Of a DNA stretch of 64,000 bases, positions 9,311 through 19,471 are shown one piece after another. Position numbers and translations under genes: made by a program. A model generated the notes under the pieces. It ran no database searches. It was not told the DNA's origin and was given only the letters and a program-made list of their open reading frames with translations. The DNA is from Candidatus Woesebacteria bacterium GW2011_GWB1_33_22 (GTDB taxonomy: Bacteria; Patescibacteriota; Microgenomatia; UBA8517): NCBI GenBank assembly GCA_000989765.1, contig LBOW01000005.1, forward strand, positions 661-64,660. Reading direction: 5' to 3'. Numbering within the stretch: position 1 is the first letter of the stretch; each line of letters starts with the position of its first letter.

Positions 9311-10286
9311 TTCGACTGTTAAAAACGGTTCTTATTACATCTTCGATTGGAAGTTCTTCAATTGTTAAATCTGAAACTGGATAGTTCTGTAAAAGTTCAG
9401 AGGCTGCAATAGCTACAGTATTTCGAGGTACAGAAATTATAAGTTCAGGATATTCAAATTTTTTTACCATGCCTATTTCTTCCAAGTGTTTTACATCAAT
9501 TTCACTTGAAAGTTTTGCTTTGATCAATTTGTCTTCAGCAAACTTTATTGTTAATTCTTCTAAAGCCCCATCAAAAATAAGTTGTCCGTCGTTAATTACT
9601 ATCACCCTTCGAGTTAGATCAACTAAATCTTTCATATTATGTGAGGTTAAAATTATTGTTGCATTATGTTTTTTATTATATTGATATATAAAATCTCTTA
9701 AAGACTGTTGAGCAGTTAAATCAAGTCCAATTGTCGGTTCATCCAAAAAAAGTACTTTTGGTTTGTAAATTAAGGCAGCAATTAATTCCATTTTCATTCT
9801 TTGACCAAGTGATAATTTTCTTACTTGAGTTTGAAGCAAAGTTGAAACGTTAAGCAAATTAACAAGTTCTTCTAAATTCTTCTTAAATTCTTTATTAGAA
9901 ATTTCATAAATTTCTTTATTTAACTCAAAAGATTCCATGGCAGGTAAATCCCACCAAAGCTGATTTTTTTGGCCCATTAAAAGAGAAATTTGTTTTAAGA
10001 AATCAGAAGACTTTTCCCAAGGATTAAAATCCATTACTGACACAAAACCTGAAGTTGGGTAAAGAAGGCCTGATAGGGTTTTTAAGGTTGTAGTTTTACC
10101 GGCTCCGTTTGGACCAATAAATCCTACTAGTTCTCCTTCTTGTATTGTAAATGATAAATCACGAACAGCCGTTACCGTTCTTTTTTTAGGATGAATTAAA
10201 GAATTAAGAGATCCTTTTAAACCACTTTCTTTTTCTAACACCTCAAAATCTTTAACTAAATGATCAACGACAATAACCTTCTTCAT
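9285..10286 (-). CDS. ABC transporter ATP-binding protein
   Basis: Walker A GPNGAGKTT, signature LSLGQRMK, Walker B LFLDEPT, plus a C-terminal extension. Confidence 0.9.
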   Translation of the reverse strand: MKKVIVVDHLVKDFEVLEKESGLKGSLNSLIHPKKRTVTAVRDLSFTIQEGELVGFIGPNGAGKTTTLKTLSGLLYPTSGFVSVMDFNPWEKSSDFLKQISLLMGQKNQLWWDLPAMESFELNKEIYEISNKEFKKNLEELVNLLNVSTLLQTQVRKLSLGQRMKMELIAALIYKPKVLFLDEPTIGLDLTAQQSLRDFIYQYNKKHNATIILTSHNMKDLVDLTRRVIVINDGQLIFDGALEELTIKFAEDKLIKAKLSSEIDVKHLEEIGMVKKFEYPELIISVPRNTVAIAASELLQNYPVSDLTIEELPIEDVIRTVFNSRNVFNSNED

Positions 10287-10303
10287 TAGAATAGATTATA
10301 CCA

Positions 10304-10579
10304 TTAACGGATCACTTGCCTTTTTAATGTTTTGCCTGGAGTGAAACGGGGTGATCTGTGGGTTTTAATCGTTACAAGTTTTTCAGTGTTAGGAATTTTT
10401 ACAGTTTTTCCCTTCATGGAAATAACTCTAAAAGTTCCAAAACCAGAAAGAACTACCTTTTCTCCTTTTGCTAACACACGTCCAATTTCAGATAAAAATA
10501 CATCAATCGCTTCCTCACCTGCTTTTTTGGTTAAATGAGCTTTCCTTGAAACAAGTTCTACAATTTCTCTTTTTGTCAT
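10304..10579 (-). CDS. hup: HU family DNA-binding protein
   Basis: 91 aa with a GFGTF..R arm motif and the HU/IHF fold pattern. Confidence 0.85.
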   Translation of the reverse strand: MTKREIVELVSRKAHLTKKAGEEAIDVFLSEIGRVLAKGEKVVLSGFGTFRVISMKGKTVKIPNTEKLVTIKTHRSPRFTPGKTLKRQVIR

Positions 10580-10594
10580 TTGATAAGTAATATA

Positions 10595-11758
10595 CTATTT
10601 AGCTGATGTAGTGTCAACCGCCCTTGTCTCTCGAACTGCTGTAACTTTAATTTGACCCGCATATTCTGCTTCTTTTTCAAGTTTTTGGGTAATTTCATGG
10701 ACTAAAACTGTCAATCTGTCATCATCAACTTCATTTGGATCTACAAATACTCTAACATCACGTCCAGCTTGAAATGCATAGGCTGTTTCAACACCCTCAA
10801 AACCTTTAACCAATTCTTCAATTTTGTCCATTCTTTTGACATATCCTTCATGGGGTTCGTAACGAGCACCTGGACGAGACCCAGAAGCGGCATCAGCAGT
10901 CCAAACAAGATAACTTTCAATTGAAGAAAATGGCTTATCTTCATGATGTTCGGCGATACAATTAACAACTTCTTTTGCAATACCAAACTTTCGAGCGGTA
11001 GTTACACCGACATCGATATGATTTCCTTCTTCATCTGTAACAACCTTACCTATATCGTGGAGTAAACAACCCAAACGAACAACGTCAACTTTGGCACCAA
11101 GTTCTTCTGCCAAAGCGATACCCATTTTGGTTTCCTCAATTGTGTGATGACCAAGATTTTGTCCATAAGAAGTCCTAAATTTAAATTTCCCAATTAAGCG
11201 AAGAAGATCAACAGGGAGATTATAAACACCACATTCTTCAGCAATTTTCTTGCCTTCTTCAAGAAGAACATCTTCCATGTTAGCCCTAGTTAATTTCATT
11301 ACTTCTTCAATCCTACTAGGCTGAATTCTTGAATCTTTAATAAGAATCTCTAAAGCTCTCTTGGCAACTTCACGCCTGACAGAATCAAAAGAAGAAATTC
11401 TAATTTCATTTGTTTCATCAATTAAAATCTCAACACCAGCATCTTTTTCAAAAGCTCTAATATTTCTTCCCTCTGCACCAATGATTCTTCCTTTTACTTC
11501 TTCATTTGGAACGATGATTGAGGAAACAGTATATTCAGCAACAAATGAGGTAACTCCATGCTTTAGGGCATCTGCTAATATTTCATTTGCTTTTTCGTGT
11601 GAATCAAGTTTTATTCTTTCCTCTGCAGCCCTTATCTTTTTTGCAATTTCAGAAGTTAAATCACGTTGCACTTCATCTAGAAGAGCCTTTTTTGCCTCAT
11701 CAACAGTCATTTTAGAAACTTGTTCTAGCTTTTTAATGTAATCATTCTGTGTAGCCAT
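10595..11758 (-). CDS. rny: Ribonuclease Y, lacking the N-terminal membrane anchor
   Basis: KH domain (VKGRIIGAEGRNIRAFE) and HD domain (HHTIEE...LLHDIGK). At 387 aa it is shorter than typical Rny of about 520 aa, and there is no TM helix. Confidence 0.85.
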   Translation of the reverse strand: MATQNDYIKKLEQVSKMTVDEAKKALLDEVQRDLTSEIAKKIRAAEERIKLDSHEKANEILADALKHGVTSFVAEYTVSSIIVPNEEVKGRIIGAEGRNIRAFEKDAGVEILIDETNEIRISSFDSVRREVAKRALEILIKDSRIQPSRIEEVMKLTRANMEDVLLEEGKKIAEECGVYNLPVDLLRLIGKFKFRTSYGQNLGHHTIEETKMGIALAEELGAKVDVVRLGCLLHDIGKVVTDEEGNHIDVGVTTARKFGIAKEVVNCIAEHHEDKPFSSIESYLVWTADAASGSRPGARYEPHEGYVKRMDKIEELVKGFEGVETAYAFQAGRDVRVFVDPNEVDDDRLTVLVHEITQKLEKEAEYAGQIKVTAVRETRAVDTTSAK

Positions 11759-11768
11759 ATTAAGCTTA

Positions 11769-12374
11769 TCATTTTAACACATCATTCACCACATTCCAAT
11801 CGAAACCTTTTCCTGCCAGATATTGAGTGATTTTTTGACGACGGGTTTTTTGATCAAATTTTTCCCATTTATAATTTTTTGTTTTAATCAGATCTTTTGC
11901 AAGTTTTAGTTCATCTATTTTTGTTTCTTCTAAAATATTTTTAATAATTTCTCTATCAATTCCTTTTATTAAAAGTTCTGAATTTAAGACTCTTTTTGAT
12001 TTTGGAGAAAATGATTGTCTTTGTTCCACCCACCATTTAGCAAAAGCTTTATCATTTATTAACTCTAAGTTGTTTAATCTACTTAAAAGTTCTTCTTTTA
12101 TGTTTTCTGGAACTTTTTTCCTTTTAAAATAATCTATTATTTCTTTTTTACTTCTAGGTCTTAACATTGCAAATTTTAAAAGTTTATCTAATATTTTTTG
12201 GAACTCTGCTTCTTTAATTATTTTAGTTATTTTTTCATCATTTAACTCCTGATCAACTTTTAAATTAAACTTAACAAAATTTTCAAGGTCTAAACCAAAG
12301 CCAAACCAATTGTCCAAATAAATATTTACGCGTTTTTGATTTTTCTGAGGTTTTATTGCTGTAATTACTGGCAT
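11769..12374 (-). CDS. recX: Recombination regulator RecX
   Basis: 201 aa, three-repeat helical RecX-like sequence, directly downstream of recA. Confidence 0.75.
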   Translation of the reverse strand: MPVITAIKPQKNQKRVNIYLDNWFGFGLDLENFVKFNLKVDQELNDEKITKIIKEAEFQKILDKLLKFAMLRPRSKKEIIDYFKRKKVPENIKEELLSRLNNLELINDKAFAKWWVEQRQSFSPKSKRVLNSELLIKGIDREIIKNILEETKIDELKLAKDLIKTKNYKWEKFDQKTRRQKITQYLAGKGFDWNVVNDVLK

Positions 12375-12419
12375 GATATAATTGTACCAGTAGTCTCAAT
12401 GCCCGTGTGGTAGGTCAGA

Positions 12420-13508
12420 CTACTCTTCGTCTTTTTCTTCTTCTCCAATTTCTTTTGGAAGTTTTTTACCTGAAGTAGCCATTTCCCTAATCTTTTTCTC
12501 AATTTCTGCTGCAAACTTTTCATTTTCTTTAATATGTGCTTTAGCTCCTTCTCTTCCTTGAGCCAAAACTTTACCATTATAATTAAAGAATGATCCAGAC
12601 TTTGTAATTATTCCCAAATCAACTGCAACATCCAAAAGATTTCCCGATTTACTAATTCCTTCATCATTCATAATATCAAACTCTGCAACTTTTAAAGGAG
12701 GGGCAACTTTGTTTTTAACAACCCTAACACGGGATCTTGTACCAATTACATTATCTCCGTCTTTAATTGATTCAACTCGCCTTATATCAAGCCTGACTGA
12801 GGCATAGAATTTAAGTGCTAGACCTCCTGTTGTTGTTTCTGGATTTCCAAACATCACTCCAATTTTTTGTCTTAATTGGTTTGTAAAAATTAAAATTGTT
12901 TTTGATTTACTAATTGCCCCTGTCAACTTTCTCAAAGCTTGAGACATCAGTCTTGCTTGTAAGCCCATTACAGCATCCCCCATCTGCCCTTCAAGTTCTG
13001 CTCGTGGAACAAGGGCTGCAACTGAATCAACAACTATTACATCAATTGCCCCTGAACGAATTAAGGTTTCTGTAATTTCTAATGCTTGTTCACCCGTATC
13101 TGGTTGGGAAAGAAGAAGGTTGTCAAGATCTACACCCATTATTTCAGCCCTTTGAGGATCTAAGGCATGCTCCGCATCAACAAAGGCACACTGTCCACCC
13201 AATTTTTGCGCTTCTGCTACAACTGCCAGAGCAAGTGTGGTCTTACCAGATGCTTCTGGACCATATATTTCAACAATTCTTCCCCTTGGTAAGCCTCCAA
13301 CACCCAATGCTAAATCAAGCGCTATTGAACCAGTTGGAATAACATCAATATTATTTCTACTTCCAGGGTTTTCTCCAAGTCTCATGATAGAGCCTTTACC
13401 ATAGGCTTTATCAATCTGTTCCATAGCAATTTTAATTGCCTGAAGTTTGGCTACATTTCCTTCTTGTTTTACTGGAGCCTCAATTGGTTCTGACTTTTTC
13501 TTTGCCAT
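12420..13508 (-). CDS. recA: Recombinase RecA
   Basis: [12 protein letters not shown] Walker A and other canonical RecA motifs. Confidence 0.97.
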   Translation of the reverse strand: MAKKKSEPIEAPVKQEGNVAKLQAIKIAMEQIDKAYGKGSIMRLGENPGSRNNIDVIPTGSIALDLALGVGGLPRGRIVEIYGPEASGKTTLALAVVAEAQKLGGQCAFVDAEHALDPQRAEIMGVDLDNLLLSQPDTGEQALEITETLIRSGAIDVIVVDSVAALVPRAELEGQMGDAVMGLQARLMSQALRKLTGAISKSKTILIFTNQLRQKIGVMFGNPETTTGGLALKFYASVRLDIRRVESIKDGDNVIGTRSRVRVVKNKVAPPLKVAEFDIMNDEGISKSGNLLDVAVDLGIITKSGSFFNYNGKVLAQGREGAKAHIKENEKFAAEIEKKIREMATSGKKLPKEIGEEEKDEE

Positions 13509-13574
13509 TTGTATTTACCAGAGTATTACGAACTTTCCCCAAATGCAAGAAGTAAAATTATTTTTTTATTTTTG

Positions 13575-13620
13575 TCGGGGATGAGTGAGTCGCACACTCG
13601 TCAGATGACCCCCAGCCACC
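13575..13620. other. GC-rich island (about 60% GC) in the dinD-like/recA intergenic region; possibly a structured RNA or protein-binding element
   Basis: gtcggggatgagtgagtcgcacactcgtcagatgacccccagccacc stands out from the AT-rich flanks. It contains short complementary segments (GGGG/CCCC, GAGTG/CACTC) and is flanked by T-runs. Confidence 0.3.
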
Positions 13621-13659
13621 TATTCTACTGTTAAACTAATCCCCGCTTTTGATATTCTA

Positions 13660-14493
13660 TCAAATTGGAAGGATTTTTTGTTTAGTTGGTAAAAAGTTTT
13701 CGCCCGTTACTACACTTTTGCCAGTTTTATTTTCCAATGCAATTCTTGCATCTTTGGCAATCTTTCCACCCTTAACTGCTGGTATTTTATTTTCTTCCAG
13801 GCCATTTGTTTTCATAACTTCAGCAATTTCTCTTGTAGATAATTCTGCCAATGCTGTAAAAACCAATTCAGCACCACTCATATGGTCTCGTAAATTTTGA
13901 GATTTTAAATTTTTAAACTTTTTATGTTCTTTGACACTCAAATCACTCCATTCTTCATGTATTATATTTGTCAAAATTGCATATTCTTCTTGTTTTGTAA
14001 CCTCATGAGTCTGCCAATAACCAGTCAACTTATTTCTAATTTCTTGTCCCATCATTCTTTGTTGAATCCATTGTTTACTTCTACCCAACTTAACCCAATA
14101 ATCACGAGCTCTATTTAATGATCTTTCTGGGTCACTTATATCCTGCATTCTTTCGTATCCAACTTTTGCAAGCCATAATTTTATAGGTTCTGCTTTTTTA
14201 GAGGGAATTGATTGGATTAAACGAAATAATGTTTCTGTATCTGCTGTATCAGTGGGTCTCATTTTTCCATCTGCGGCCTTCATTTTCAACCGGTTACAAT
14301 TTGTAACCACTTCGCTACCTTCTTTTTGAAGTCTATTTTTCAAAACTTTCCAATAATTACGAGCAAGTTGGAAGTTTGGTTGATCAATTAAAACTGCAAT
14401 AATATCAACCACAGAAAAATACCATTTTTCTTTTTCTTCATCCCAAACTCGTCTAATTTGTTCACCTTTAAATATAGAAATATTACTGTCCAT
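13660..14493 (-). CDS. dinD: DinD-family (DNA-damage-inducible protein D-like) protein with N-terminal Bro-N domain
   Basis: N-terminal F.GEQIRRVWDEEKEKWYFSVVDIIAVL Bro-N pattern. A C-terminal block KNLKSQNLRDHMSGAELVFTALAELSTREIA resembles E. coli DinD. Confidence 0.6.
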   Translation of the reverse strand: MDSNISIFKGEQIRRVWDEEKEKWYFSVVDIIAVLIDQPNFQLARNYWKVLKNRLQKEGSEVVTNCNRLKMKAADGKMRPTDTADTETLFRLIQSIPSKKAEPIKLWLAKVGYERMQDISDPERSLNRARDYWVKLGRSKQWIQQRMMGQEIRNKLTGYWQTHEVTKQEEYAILTNIIHEEWSDLSVKEHKKFKNLKSQNLRDHMSGAELVFTALAELSTREIAEVMKTNGLEENKIPAVKGGKIAKDARIALENKTGKSVVTGENFLPTKQKILPI

Positions 14494-14549
14494 AATTTAA
14501 TTTAACCCCAATCAATACCGAAGTCAATAGATCAAATCATGTCAAATTT

Positions 14550-15752
14550 TTATTCGTAACGAATTGCATCGATTGGGGAAAGGGAGGCAGCACGACGGGC
14601 GGGAAAAACTCCAAAGATGATTCCTATTGCAGATGAAACTCCTAAGGCAACTAAAACTGCAACTAAATTCAAACTTGCCGGAAAGAAAAATCTGATAATT
14701 AATACAACAATTGTTGCAAGAAGTAATCCTGCAATTCCACCTAAAAGAGATAATACAATTGACTCTGAAAGAAATTGCATTAATATATCTTTTTCGGTAG
14801 CTCCAATTGCTCGCCTAATTCCTATCTCTTTGGTTCGTTCAGTTACAGTTGAATACATAATATTCATTATCCCAATTCCGCCAACAAAAAGTGAGATCGA
14901 ACCAATTGCAATTAAAACAATATTAATAATACTAAAAATTTGATTAATTGAATTTAATAATTCAGCTTGTTCTGTAACCGCAAATCCTTCTGCATCATAC
15001 CTTTTTAAAAGTGTATCCTCTGTCTTTTTTTTAACTTCTGGTATTAATTTATCTGATTTAACCCCCAAATATATTGCCCAAAATTTTTTATCTGGATTTA
15101 TATTTTGATAAGCTGTTCTATATGGAATAAAAATTGCCGTATCTGCCTGTCTATCACCCTTTTTCTTGGCAACACCAATAACCTTAAATCTTTGATTTTC
15201 AAATCTAACTGTTCTTCCTACTGCTTTATCTACAGAACCAAAAAGATCAATGGCAATCGTATTACCCAGAACTGAAACTTTTGAACTACCACGAACATCA
15301 GCACTACCAAAAAGTCTACCATCATAAACTTCAACATTCATTAGTTTGAATCCATCTTCATTAATTGCCATGACACTACCAATCTTTTTTTCACTTTCAG
15401 TTTCAACTGAAACGTTTTTCATAAAAATTGGTACTACATAGTCTATTCCAGAAATTCTTTCCAATTTACTAACATCCTTCTCATCGAAACTCACCCCGCC
15501 AACAGTTCCCTGTCCTCCAAAACTCGCCCCCCCCTCTCCTGTAAACCCGCTTCCTGGAAGTATCATTATTAAATTTGCTCCCATATTTTGAAATTGTCCC
15601 TGAATATAATTTTTAAGTCCCAAGCCTAACGCAATTAAAATAACTACAGAGAAAACTCCGACCATAATTCCAAGGGAAGTTAAAAAAGTTCTTACTTTAT
15701 TTCTTTTGAAATCGTCAAATGATGACTTAAGTAAGTTTTTGTATTGTTTCAT
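14550..15752 (-). CDS. MacB-like ABC transporter permease (FtsX domain)
   Basis: 400 aa: N-terminal TM, large periplasmic domain and a C-terminal 3-TM FtsX-like region. Confidence 0.85.
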   Translation of the reverse strand: MKQYKNLLKSSFDDFKRNKVRTFLTSLGIMVGVFSVVILIALGLGLKNYIQGQFQNMGANLIMILPGSGFTGEGGASFGGQGTVGGVSFDEKDVSKLERISGIDYVVPIFMKNVSVETESEKKIGSVMAINEDGFKLMNVEVYDGRLFGSADVRGSSKVSVLGNTIAIDLFGSVDKAVGRTVRFENQRFKVIGVAKKKGDRQADTAIFIPYRTAYQNINPDKKFWAIYLGVKSDKLIPEVKKKTEDTLLKRYDAEGFAVTEQAELLNSINQIFSIINIVLIAIGSISLFVGGIGIMNIMYSTVTERTKEIGIRRAIGATEKDILMQFLSESIVLSLLGGIAGLLLATIVVLIIRFFFPASLNLVAVLVALGVSSAIGIIFGVFPARRAASLSPIDAIRYE

Positions 15753-16432
15753 ATATATTTGTCCACAACTTTACCGTCTTTAATGTAAATTTTTCGATTA
15801 GTTCTATCAGCAACATCTTTTTCGTGAGTTACCAAAACCACAGTGACTTCGGTTTTTTTATTTAAATTTTCTAGTATTTGCAAAATTTCATCACCAGTTT
15901 TACTGTCTAAATTTCCCGTTGGTTCGTCGGCTAATATTAATTCTGGATTCATAATTAGAGATCTTGCAATTGCAACCCTTTGTTGTTGACCACCTGAAAT
16001 TTTATTGGGATAAAAATTTAATCTTTGTCCCATTCCAAGATGTTCAAGAAGTTTTTTAGCTTTTTCAGTAGGGTCAAAATCAAGTTGGCTTTTATAGTAA
16101 ATTGTGGGAAGAGCCACATTTTCCAAAACTGTTAGTTTATTAATTAAATTAAATTGTTGGAACACAAAACCTACATAAGTATTTCGGAGTGTTGATAGTT
16201 CATTATCACTTATTTTTGATATATCTTTATTATTTATTAAAATTTTTCCTGAAGTTGGTCGATCTAGGAGTCCAATCATATGCATCAAGGTTGATTTTCC
16301 TGACCCTGAAGAACCCAAAATACTTACATATTCACCTTTTTTAATAGAAAGGGTGGCATTTTCCACAGCGTGAACCTCGCTATCTCCTAAAAAATAGGTT
16401 TTATTAACATTTTGAAGCTTAATCATATACAA
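15749..16432 (-). CDS. MacB/LolD-like ABC transporter ATP-binding protein
   Basis: Walker A GSSGSGKST, signature LSGGQQQRVAIARS, Walker B ILADEPTGNLD. Confidence 0.9.
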   Translation of the reverse strand: MYMIKLQNVNKTYFLGDSEVHAVENATLSIKKGEYVSILGSSGSGKSTLMHMIGLLDRPTSGKILINNKDISKISDNELSTLRNTYVGFVFQQFNLINKLTVLENVALPTIYYKSQLDFDPTEKAKKLLEHLGMGQRLNFYPNKISGGQQQRVAIARSLIMNPELILADEPTGNLDSKTGDEILQILENLNKKTEVTVVLVTHEKDVADRTNRKIYIKDGKVVDKYI

Positions 16433-17417
16433 CCATACCCTTGTTTATATCACCAATAATTTCGGTCATATCTTCAGATGATATTCCAGATTTAATATAA
16501 ATTTTTCCATCTTTAGAATTTGTCTTAAGATATTCTCCAGTTTTATCTTGTTTAATATAATTTGAAGGTACAAATAAAACATTTTCTTTTTCTAAAACTA
16601 CAAATTTAGCATCCCCTGTCATGGCTATTTTAAATTTAGACTCTAGAAGATTAAGACCAATAAAATTAACTTTAATTGAATAGACTGATCCAGATTCACC
16701 CAATTTCGGAACAAATGAAATGCTTTCTACTTCGCCTTCAAATTTTTTTTCTTCAAAAGAATCTAAAACTATTTGTACCTTTTGACCATTTACAACTTTT
16801 GTTACCTCAGTTTGATCAGCCAAAACACTAAAATACATAGTAGTGGGATCAATTATTTCTATTTCAGTTGTACCAAAGCTTACAAACACACTAGTAAAAG
16901 GGTGGGCAACGAAGGTAACGATTCCATTAAATGGCGCATAAATGTAAGCTCCATCAAGGTTTCTTTTTGCCTGAAGCATTGATTCATATGCTTTATCTTT
17001 ATTTGCTTCCGCCGTAGTCCTTAAATCTTTTTGAGCATAAGTTTCATCTTTATCATGGTTTTTAACCTGGTCCAAAATATTTTGAGCTGTAGCATCATAA
17101 ATTCTTAAGTTAGATAAGGCTATTTGGTAACTTGAGTTTAAAACTGTGGTATCAAGTTTAGTTAAAAGTCTACCCTTTTTTACATTTTCACCTTCTCTAA
17201 CACCAACATAACTAATTTTTCCTGACGTCTCGTAACCCAGTTTTGCATAATTTATGGCATTTACCTCTCCAGAAAGTATAATTTCTTCGGACATTTTGCC
17301 TTTTTGAATAACGGCAGATTTGATCTCTTTATTATTATTGTTAAAAACAAAAAATACAATAAATGCTACAACCACAAGAATAGATATTATCTTCCATTTT
17401 TTTCTGATGAACTTCAT
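16419..17417 (-). CDS. Efflux periplasmic adaptor subunit (HlyD/MacA-like)
   Basis: N-terminal TM followed by coiled-coil and beta-barrel-like segments. Operonic with the MacB-like ABC pair. Confidence 0.7.
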   Translation of the reverse strand: MKFIRKKWKIISILVVVAFIVFFVFNNNNKEIKSAVIQKGKMSEEIILSGEVNAINYAKLGYETSGKISYVGVREGENVKKGRLLTKLDTTVLNSSYQIALSNLRIYDATAQNILDQVKNHDKDETYAQKDLRTTAEANKDKAYESMLQAKRNLDGAYIYAPFNGIVTFVAHPFTSVFVSFGTTEIEIIDPTTMYFSVLADQTEVTKVVNGQKVQIVLDSFEEKKFEGEVESISFVPKLGESGSVYSIKVNFIGLNLLESKFKIAMTGDAKFVVLEKENVLFVPSNYIKQDKTGEYLKTNSKDGKIYIKSGISSEDMTEIIGDINKGMVVYD

Positions 17418-17420
17418 AGT

Positions 17421-17807
17421 TTACCTCTTAGGGGACTGTTTCTTTCTTCTAGCTTTTCCACCTGTTCCAACCATTCTTCGTTGTCTTTCTCGTGAATCTC
17501 TGGTTAATAAACCTTCTTTCTTTAAAGGTATTCTAAACTTTTCTGAATCTAATTTAACTAATGCTCTAGCTATTCCATGAACTACAGCTTGAATCTGGCC
17601 TTCTTTACCACCACCAACAACTTTAGCGGTAAAATAAAATTTATCGATAGCATTTGCTGTTTTAAATGGTTTATCAATCAATGAATTTATAATTTTTATA
17701 CCATTAACTAAATTTTCGCCAACACCTTTAAACAAACGAACTCTGGCTGTTGAAGTTTTCCTTCTGCCTACTGCAAAAATGTATTTTTTACTTGAACTTG
17801 CTTTCAT
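17421..17807 (-). CDS. rpsI: 30S ribosomal protein S9
   Basis: GGGKEGQIQAVVHGIARAL and a C-terminal RR...KR tail. Start taken at the internal MKASS, which gives a typical length of 128 aa. Confidence 0.85.
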   Translation of the reverse strand: MKASSSKKYIFAVGRRKTSTARVRLFKGVGENLVNGIKIINSLIDKPFKTANAIDKFYFTAKVVGGGKEGQIQAVVHGIARALVKLDSEKFRIPLKKEGLLTRDSRERQRRMVGTGGKARRKKQSPKR

Positions 17808-18201
17808 ATTTGTGTTTTTCTCCCTTAAAAACAAAAAGTCTGGCCATTCTATCAGCTTTCAAACGATTATCTGGTAGCATTCCATTAACTGAAAATTCAA
17901 TTATACGATTTGGGTGTTCCTTGGACATTTTTTCAAAAGTTACTTCCTTAAATCCTCCAGGATAACCTGAATGGCTTCTATAAACTTTGTTTAATGATTT
18001 TTTACCTGTCGTAATTATTTTTTCAGCATTTATGATAACTACAAAATCGCCAGAATCCATGTGAGCTGAATAGGTAGTTTTTTGTTTACCCATCAAAAGG
18101 GTGGCTACCTTTGTAGATAACCTTCCCAAAACTTGATCTTTAGCGTCAACTAAATGCCAGTCTCTTTTAATCTCTTTTTGTTTTGGTTGGTAAGTTTTCA
18201 T
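17788..18201 (-). CDS. rplM: 50S ribosomal protein L13
   Basis: MKTYQPKQKEIKRDWHLVDAKDQVLGRLST matches the L13 N-terminus. The track ORF is extended upstream; start placed at the ATG at 18201. Confidence 0.9.
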   Translation of the reverse strand: MKTYQPKQKEIKRDWHLVDAKDQVLGRLSTKVATLLMGKQKTTYSAHMDSGDFVVIINAEKIITTGKKSLNKVYRSHSGYPGGFKEVTFEKMSKEHPNRIIEFSVNGMLPDNRLKADRMARLFVFKGEKHKYESKFK

Positions 18202-18553
18202 ATGTCCACTCCATTCTAACCATCTCTGCCATGTCACCCTTTCTGGATACAAGAGGTATTGCTCTAGTAAATCCACTGTTTTTATTTTCAAAAGATTTAG
18301 CAATTTCAGTCCAAAGAATTGCGGCAACCTCTTTATTACCTCTTAAATTCTTTAAGACTTGTCTTTTACTTGCTAATGTATCTTTTTTAGCCAAAGTTAC
18401 TAGTTTATCAACCATTCCAGAAATCGCTTTAGCTTTTGCTTTGGTAGTATTAATTTTTCTATTTATTACCAAAGATTCAACCAAAGAAACAAATAAAGCT
18501 TCTCTGGTTGCTCTTTCTCGAGAGAGTTTTTTACCAAAGACTCTTTTTCTCAT
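18167..18553 (-). CDS. rplQ: 50S ribosomal protein L17
   Basis: L17-like sequence, positioned downstream of rpoA as in the alpha operon. Confidence 0.9.
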   Translation of the reverse strand: MRKRVFGKKLSRERATREALFVSLVESLVINRKINTTKAKAKAISGMVDKLVTLAKKDTLASKRQVLKNLRGNKEVAAILWTEIAKSFENKNSGFTRAIPLVSRKGDMAEMVRMEWTYENLPTKTKRD

Positions 18554-18556
18554 AGA

Positions 18557-19465
18557 TTAAAAGCTCACTCCTTTCTCTCCTAATGCTGCAGAGATAATTT
18601 TTAGGGATTTTTCTCCTAAATTTCTTACTTTTACAAGTTCAGATTTATCTGCAGTAACCAAACTTTCAACTGTTTCAAAACCAGCTTTAGCTAGTGCGTT
18701 AGCAACTCTAGTTGGAAGTCCTATTTCTTCAACAGAAAGTCTTCCCACAAGTCCTAAATCATTAGTAACTTTTTCACTTACTTTTTCTTCTACCTTAATT
18801 GGATTAACAATTTGGTTAAAATATGAAACTAATACAACAGACGCTTTAACTACTGCATCTTTGGGTTCAATTGTTCCATCCGTCCAAACCTCCAAGGTTA
18901 ATTTGTCAAAATTTGTTAATCTTCCGACACGGGTTTCTTCAACTTTGTAATTAACACGTAAAATTGGTGAAAAAGATGCATCGAGTGGAATCATTCCGAT
19001 TTCGGAAGAACTTTTTGTATCAGCTGCAACATATCCTGATCCGGATTCAATTACTAAATCTGCATCTAATTTTGTACCCTTATTAAGGACTGCCAAAACT
19101 AAATCCGGATTTGTAACTTCTGCCCCAGTTGGAAGTTTGATATCTGATGCTTTAACTTCTCCAGCAGTTGTAACTTTTAAAGATGCATTAATTGGTTTAT
19201 CACCTCTATATGCAATTCTAACTTTTTTCAAATTTAAACAGAATTCAACAATATCTTCTTTCATGCCAATTAGGCTTGAAAATTGATGTTTAACTCCAGT
19301 GATTTTAACAGAGGTAATTGCTGCACCTCCTAATGAGGTTAATAAAACTCTCCTCAATGAATTACCTAACGTAAAGCCATAACCCTGTTCTAAAGGAGTT
19401 ATAACTAATTTAGAGTAATTTTTTTGTTTTTCTTCTTCTATTATTTCAAATATTGGTTGCGACAT
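18557..19465 (-). CDS. rpoA: DNA-directed RNA polymerase subunit alpha
   Basis: 302 aa with N-terminal dimerisation and C-terminal domains. Perfect SD (AGGAGGTGA) upstream. Confidence 0.95.
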   Translation of the reverse strand: MSQPIFEIIEEEKQKNYSKLVITPLEQGYGFTLGNSLRRVLLTSLGGAAITSVKITGVKHQFSSLIGMKEDIVEFCLNLKKVRIAYRGDKPINASLKVTTAGEVKASDIKLPTGAEVTNPDLVLAVLNKGTKLDADLVIESGSGYVAADTKSSSEIGMIPLDASFSPILRVNYKVEETRVGRLTNFDKLTLEVWTDGTIEPKDAVVKASVVLVSYFNQIVNPIKVEEKVSEKVTNDLGLVGRLSVEEIGLPTRVANALAKAGFETVESLVTADKSELVKVRNLGEKSLKIISAALGEKGVSF

Positions 19466-19471
19466 AAAATA

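Noticed and set aside
12365-12577. 70-aa minus-strand ORF overlapping the recA 3' end and recX start
   Set aside because: It is an alternative frame of the recA C-terminal acidic-tail region (a Lys-rich translation) and is incompatible with the clear recA/recX frames.
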